From NCBI GenBank assembly GCA_002403105.1, contig DHHD01000106.1:18-64017 (forward strand): DNA of 64,000 nucleotides, read 5' to 3'. A program made the translations under genes and the position numbers. Numbering within the stretch: the stretch's first letter is position 1; every line of letters starts with the position of its first letter. Source of the DNA: Anaerolineaceae bacterium UBA4781. Its GTDB lineage: Bacteria > Chloroflexota > Anaerolineae > Anaerolineales > Anaerolineaceae. The notes under the pieces were generated by a model that ran no database searches, was not told the DNA's origin, and saw nothing but the letters and a program-made list of their open reading frames with translations. Positions 63,331 to 64,000 of the stretch are shown piece after piece.

Positions 63331-63339
63331 ATTGTATCA
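63331..63339 (-). promoter_or_regulatory. Putative extended -10 promoter of the ECF operon leader
   Basis: Minus strand TGATACAAT (TGnTAnnnT); no good -35. Confidence 0.4.
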
Positions 63340-63395
63340 TAGAATTCTTTTACAACTGATCGTCAGTATAAAAAAACAGGAAAAGAAGTAATAAA

Positions 63396-64000
63396 ATGAA
63401 ACCTTGTCCAAATGAGTTCGTTTATCAGGTTAATCCTTCCCAATTCGACTTCCATTCCATGATGGAGGAAAATCCCCGCGCTAAAAAAACGAACAGGGGA
63501 AATTTTTCCATTGAAACGCAGGTTACTGCTCGTTCGAGTGAATCTACTTTCTTTGTTTGCAATGAACCTATCGGAGGAAAACCCTCCATCAATCGCGCTG
63601 AGTACGAAAAAATGGCTGTCTTGCAGGATGAGTACATTTCCAAACAGGAGATGGTACTGGTAGAAGGATATATCGGCCCAGATCCTGATTTTCGCGTCTC
63701 CTGTAGATTGATCGTGGAACGTACCCACGCCAACATAGCTGCCATGCAGCAGCAGCTATATTTCCCCACAGATGAGCATTTTCAAGCCAAATTCACCATC
63801 CTTATGACCCCCAACCTGCCTGCGATCGGATATCCCAACCAGCGCTTGATCGCCGTTGATCTGGATAATTGGACAACACGTGTGTTTGGATCCGACTATT
63901 TCGGGGAATCGAAAAAAGGCGGTTTGCGCATGTGGAATCACTGGATTTATCAGCAAGGTGGCTTGGCACTGCACGCTGGCTGCAAGGTATTCCCGGAATT
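63396..64000 (+). CDS. pckA: Phosphoenolpyruvate carboxykinase (ATP)-like protein, 3'-truncated by the window edge
   Basis: My own translation gives '...LVEGYIGPDPDFRVSCRLIVE ... GSDYFGESKKGGLRMWN ... LALHAGCKV', parallel to the PckA 'GGTWYGGEMKKG ... MHCSAN' region. The ORF is open to position 64000, so it is missing from the track; start uncertain. Confidence 0.7.
   Translation, partial: MKPCPNEFVYQVNPSQFDFHSMMEENPRAKKTNRGNFSIETQVTARSSESTFFVCNEPIGGKPSINRAEYEKMAVLQDEYISKQEMVLVEGYIGPDPDFRVSCRLIVERTHANIAAMQQQLYFPTDEHFQAKFTILMTPNLPAIGYPNQRLIAVDLDNWTTRVFGSDYFGESKKGGLRMWNHWIYQQGGLALHAGCKVFPE

Noticed and set aside
63159-63339. Assignment of the ECF leader to the TPP, FMN, cobalamin, glycine, guanidine-I or THF riboswitch classes
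   Set aside because: The hallmark strings I remember for these classes are absent (CUGAGA with ACCUGAUCUGGAUAAUGCCAGCG, the RFN core, the GCCACUG B12 box, and others). 'CUAGGGU' and a THF-like outline are partial matches only. The class is left open pending a covariance-model search.
63363-63974. Three minus-strand ORFs (121, 114 and 72 aa) at the right edge
   Set aside because: They are antisense shadows of a plus-strand PEP-carboxykinase-like reading frame that is open to the window end and therefore missing from the track.

Overview
AT-rich (by eye) bacterial chromosomal window, gene-dense on both strands and mostly housekeeping. It contains argF-rocD-pyk, a GntR-linked 2-oxoacid:ferredoxin oxidoreductase pair, mrp/PSP1/PIG-L, glmS, gcvH-gcvPA-gcvPB, alaS, trmFO, hflX and rpmF. 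It also contains an ADP-forming acetyl-CoA synthetase, tRNA-Leu(UAG)-tig-clpP, rlmN, prfB, pfkA, a heteromeric FAD dehydrogenase + Ldh_2 cluster, rel, and a pckA-like gene running off the right edge (absent from the ORF track). No rRNA, CRISPR array, transposase or integrase was seen. RNA-level features readable directly are a glmS ribozyme and a tandem glycine riboswitch placed back-to-back, the prfB +1 frameshift site (the track shows only the downstream frame), one tRNA and several intrinsic terminators. Two regions look like candidate undescribed systems. (1) 20.4-32.8 kb, minus strand: rpoN, a PAS histidine kinase and a sigma-54 activator lacking a DNA-binding domain. These are followed immediately by a near-consensus -24/-12 promoter driving a 2-TM protein, a 1701-aa TPR protein and a cytoplasmic C25/caspase-like peptidase. 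(2) 57.0-63.3 kb, minus strand: a riboswitch-like attenuator leader followed by a dedicated ECF transporter. Its S component is fused to extracytoplasmic sulfite-oxidase-fold-like domains, and it sits with a di-haem c protein, a nucleotide pyrophosphatase-family lipoprotein and a small lipoprotein built from the same domain. A third curiosity is a pair of 80-nt direct repeats at 35.9-36.1 kb with compensatory changes in two hairpins. All family calls come from motif recognition by eye, no searches were run, and coordinates are anchored on the supplied ORF track.
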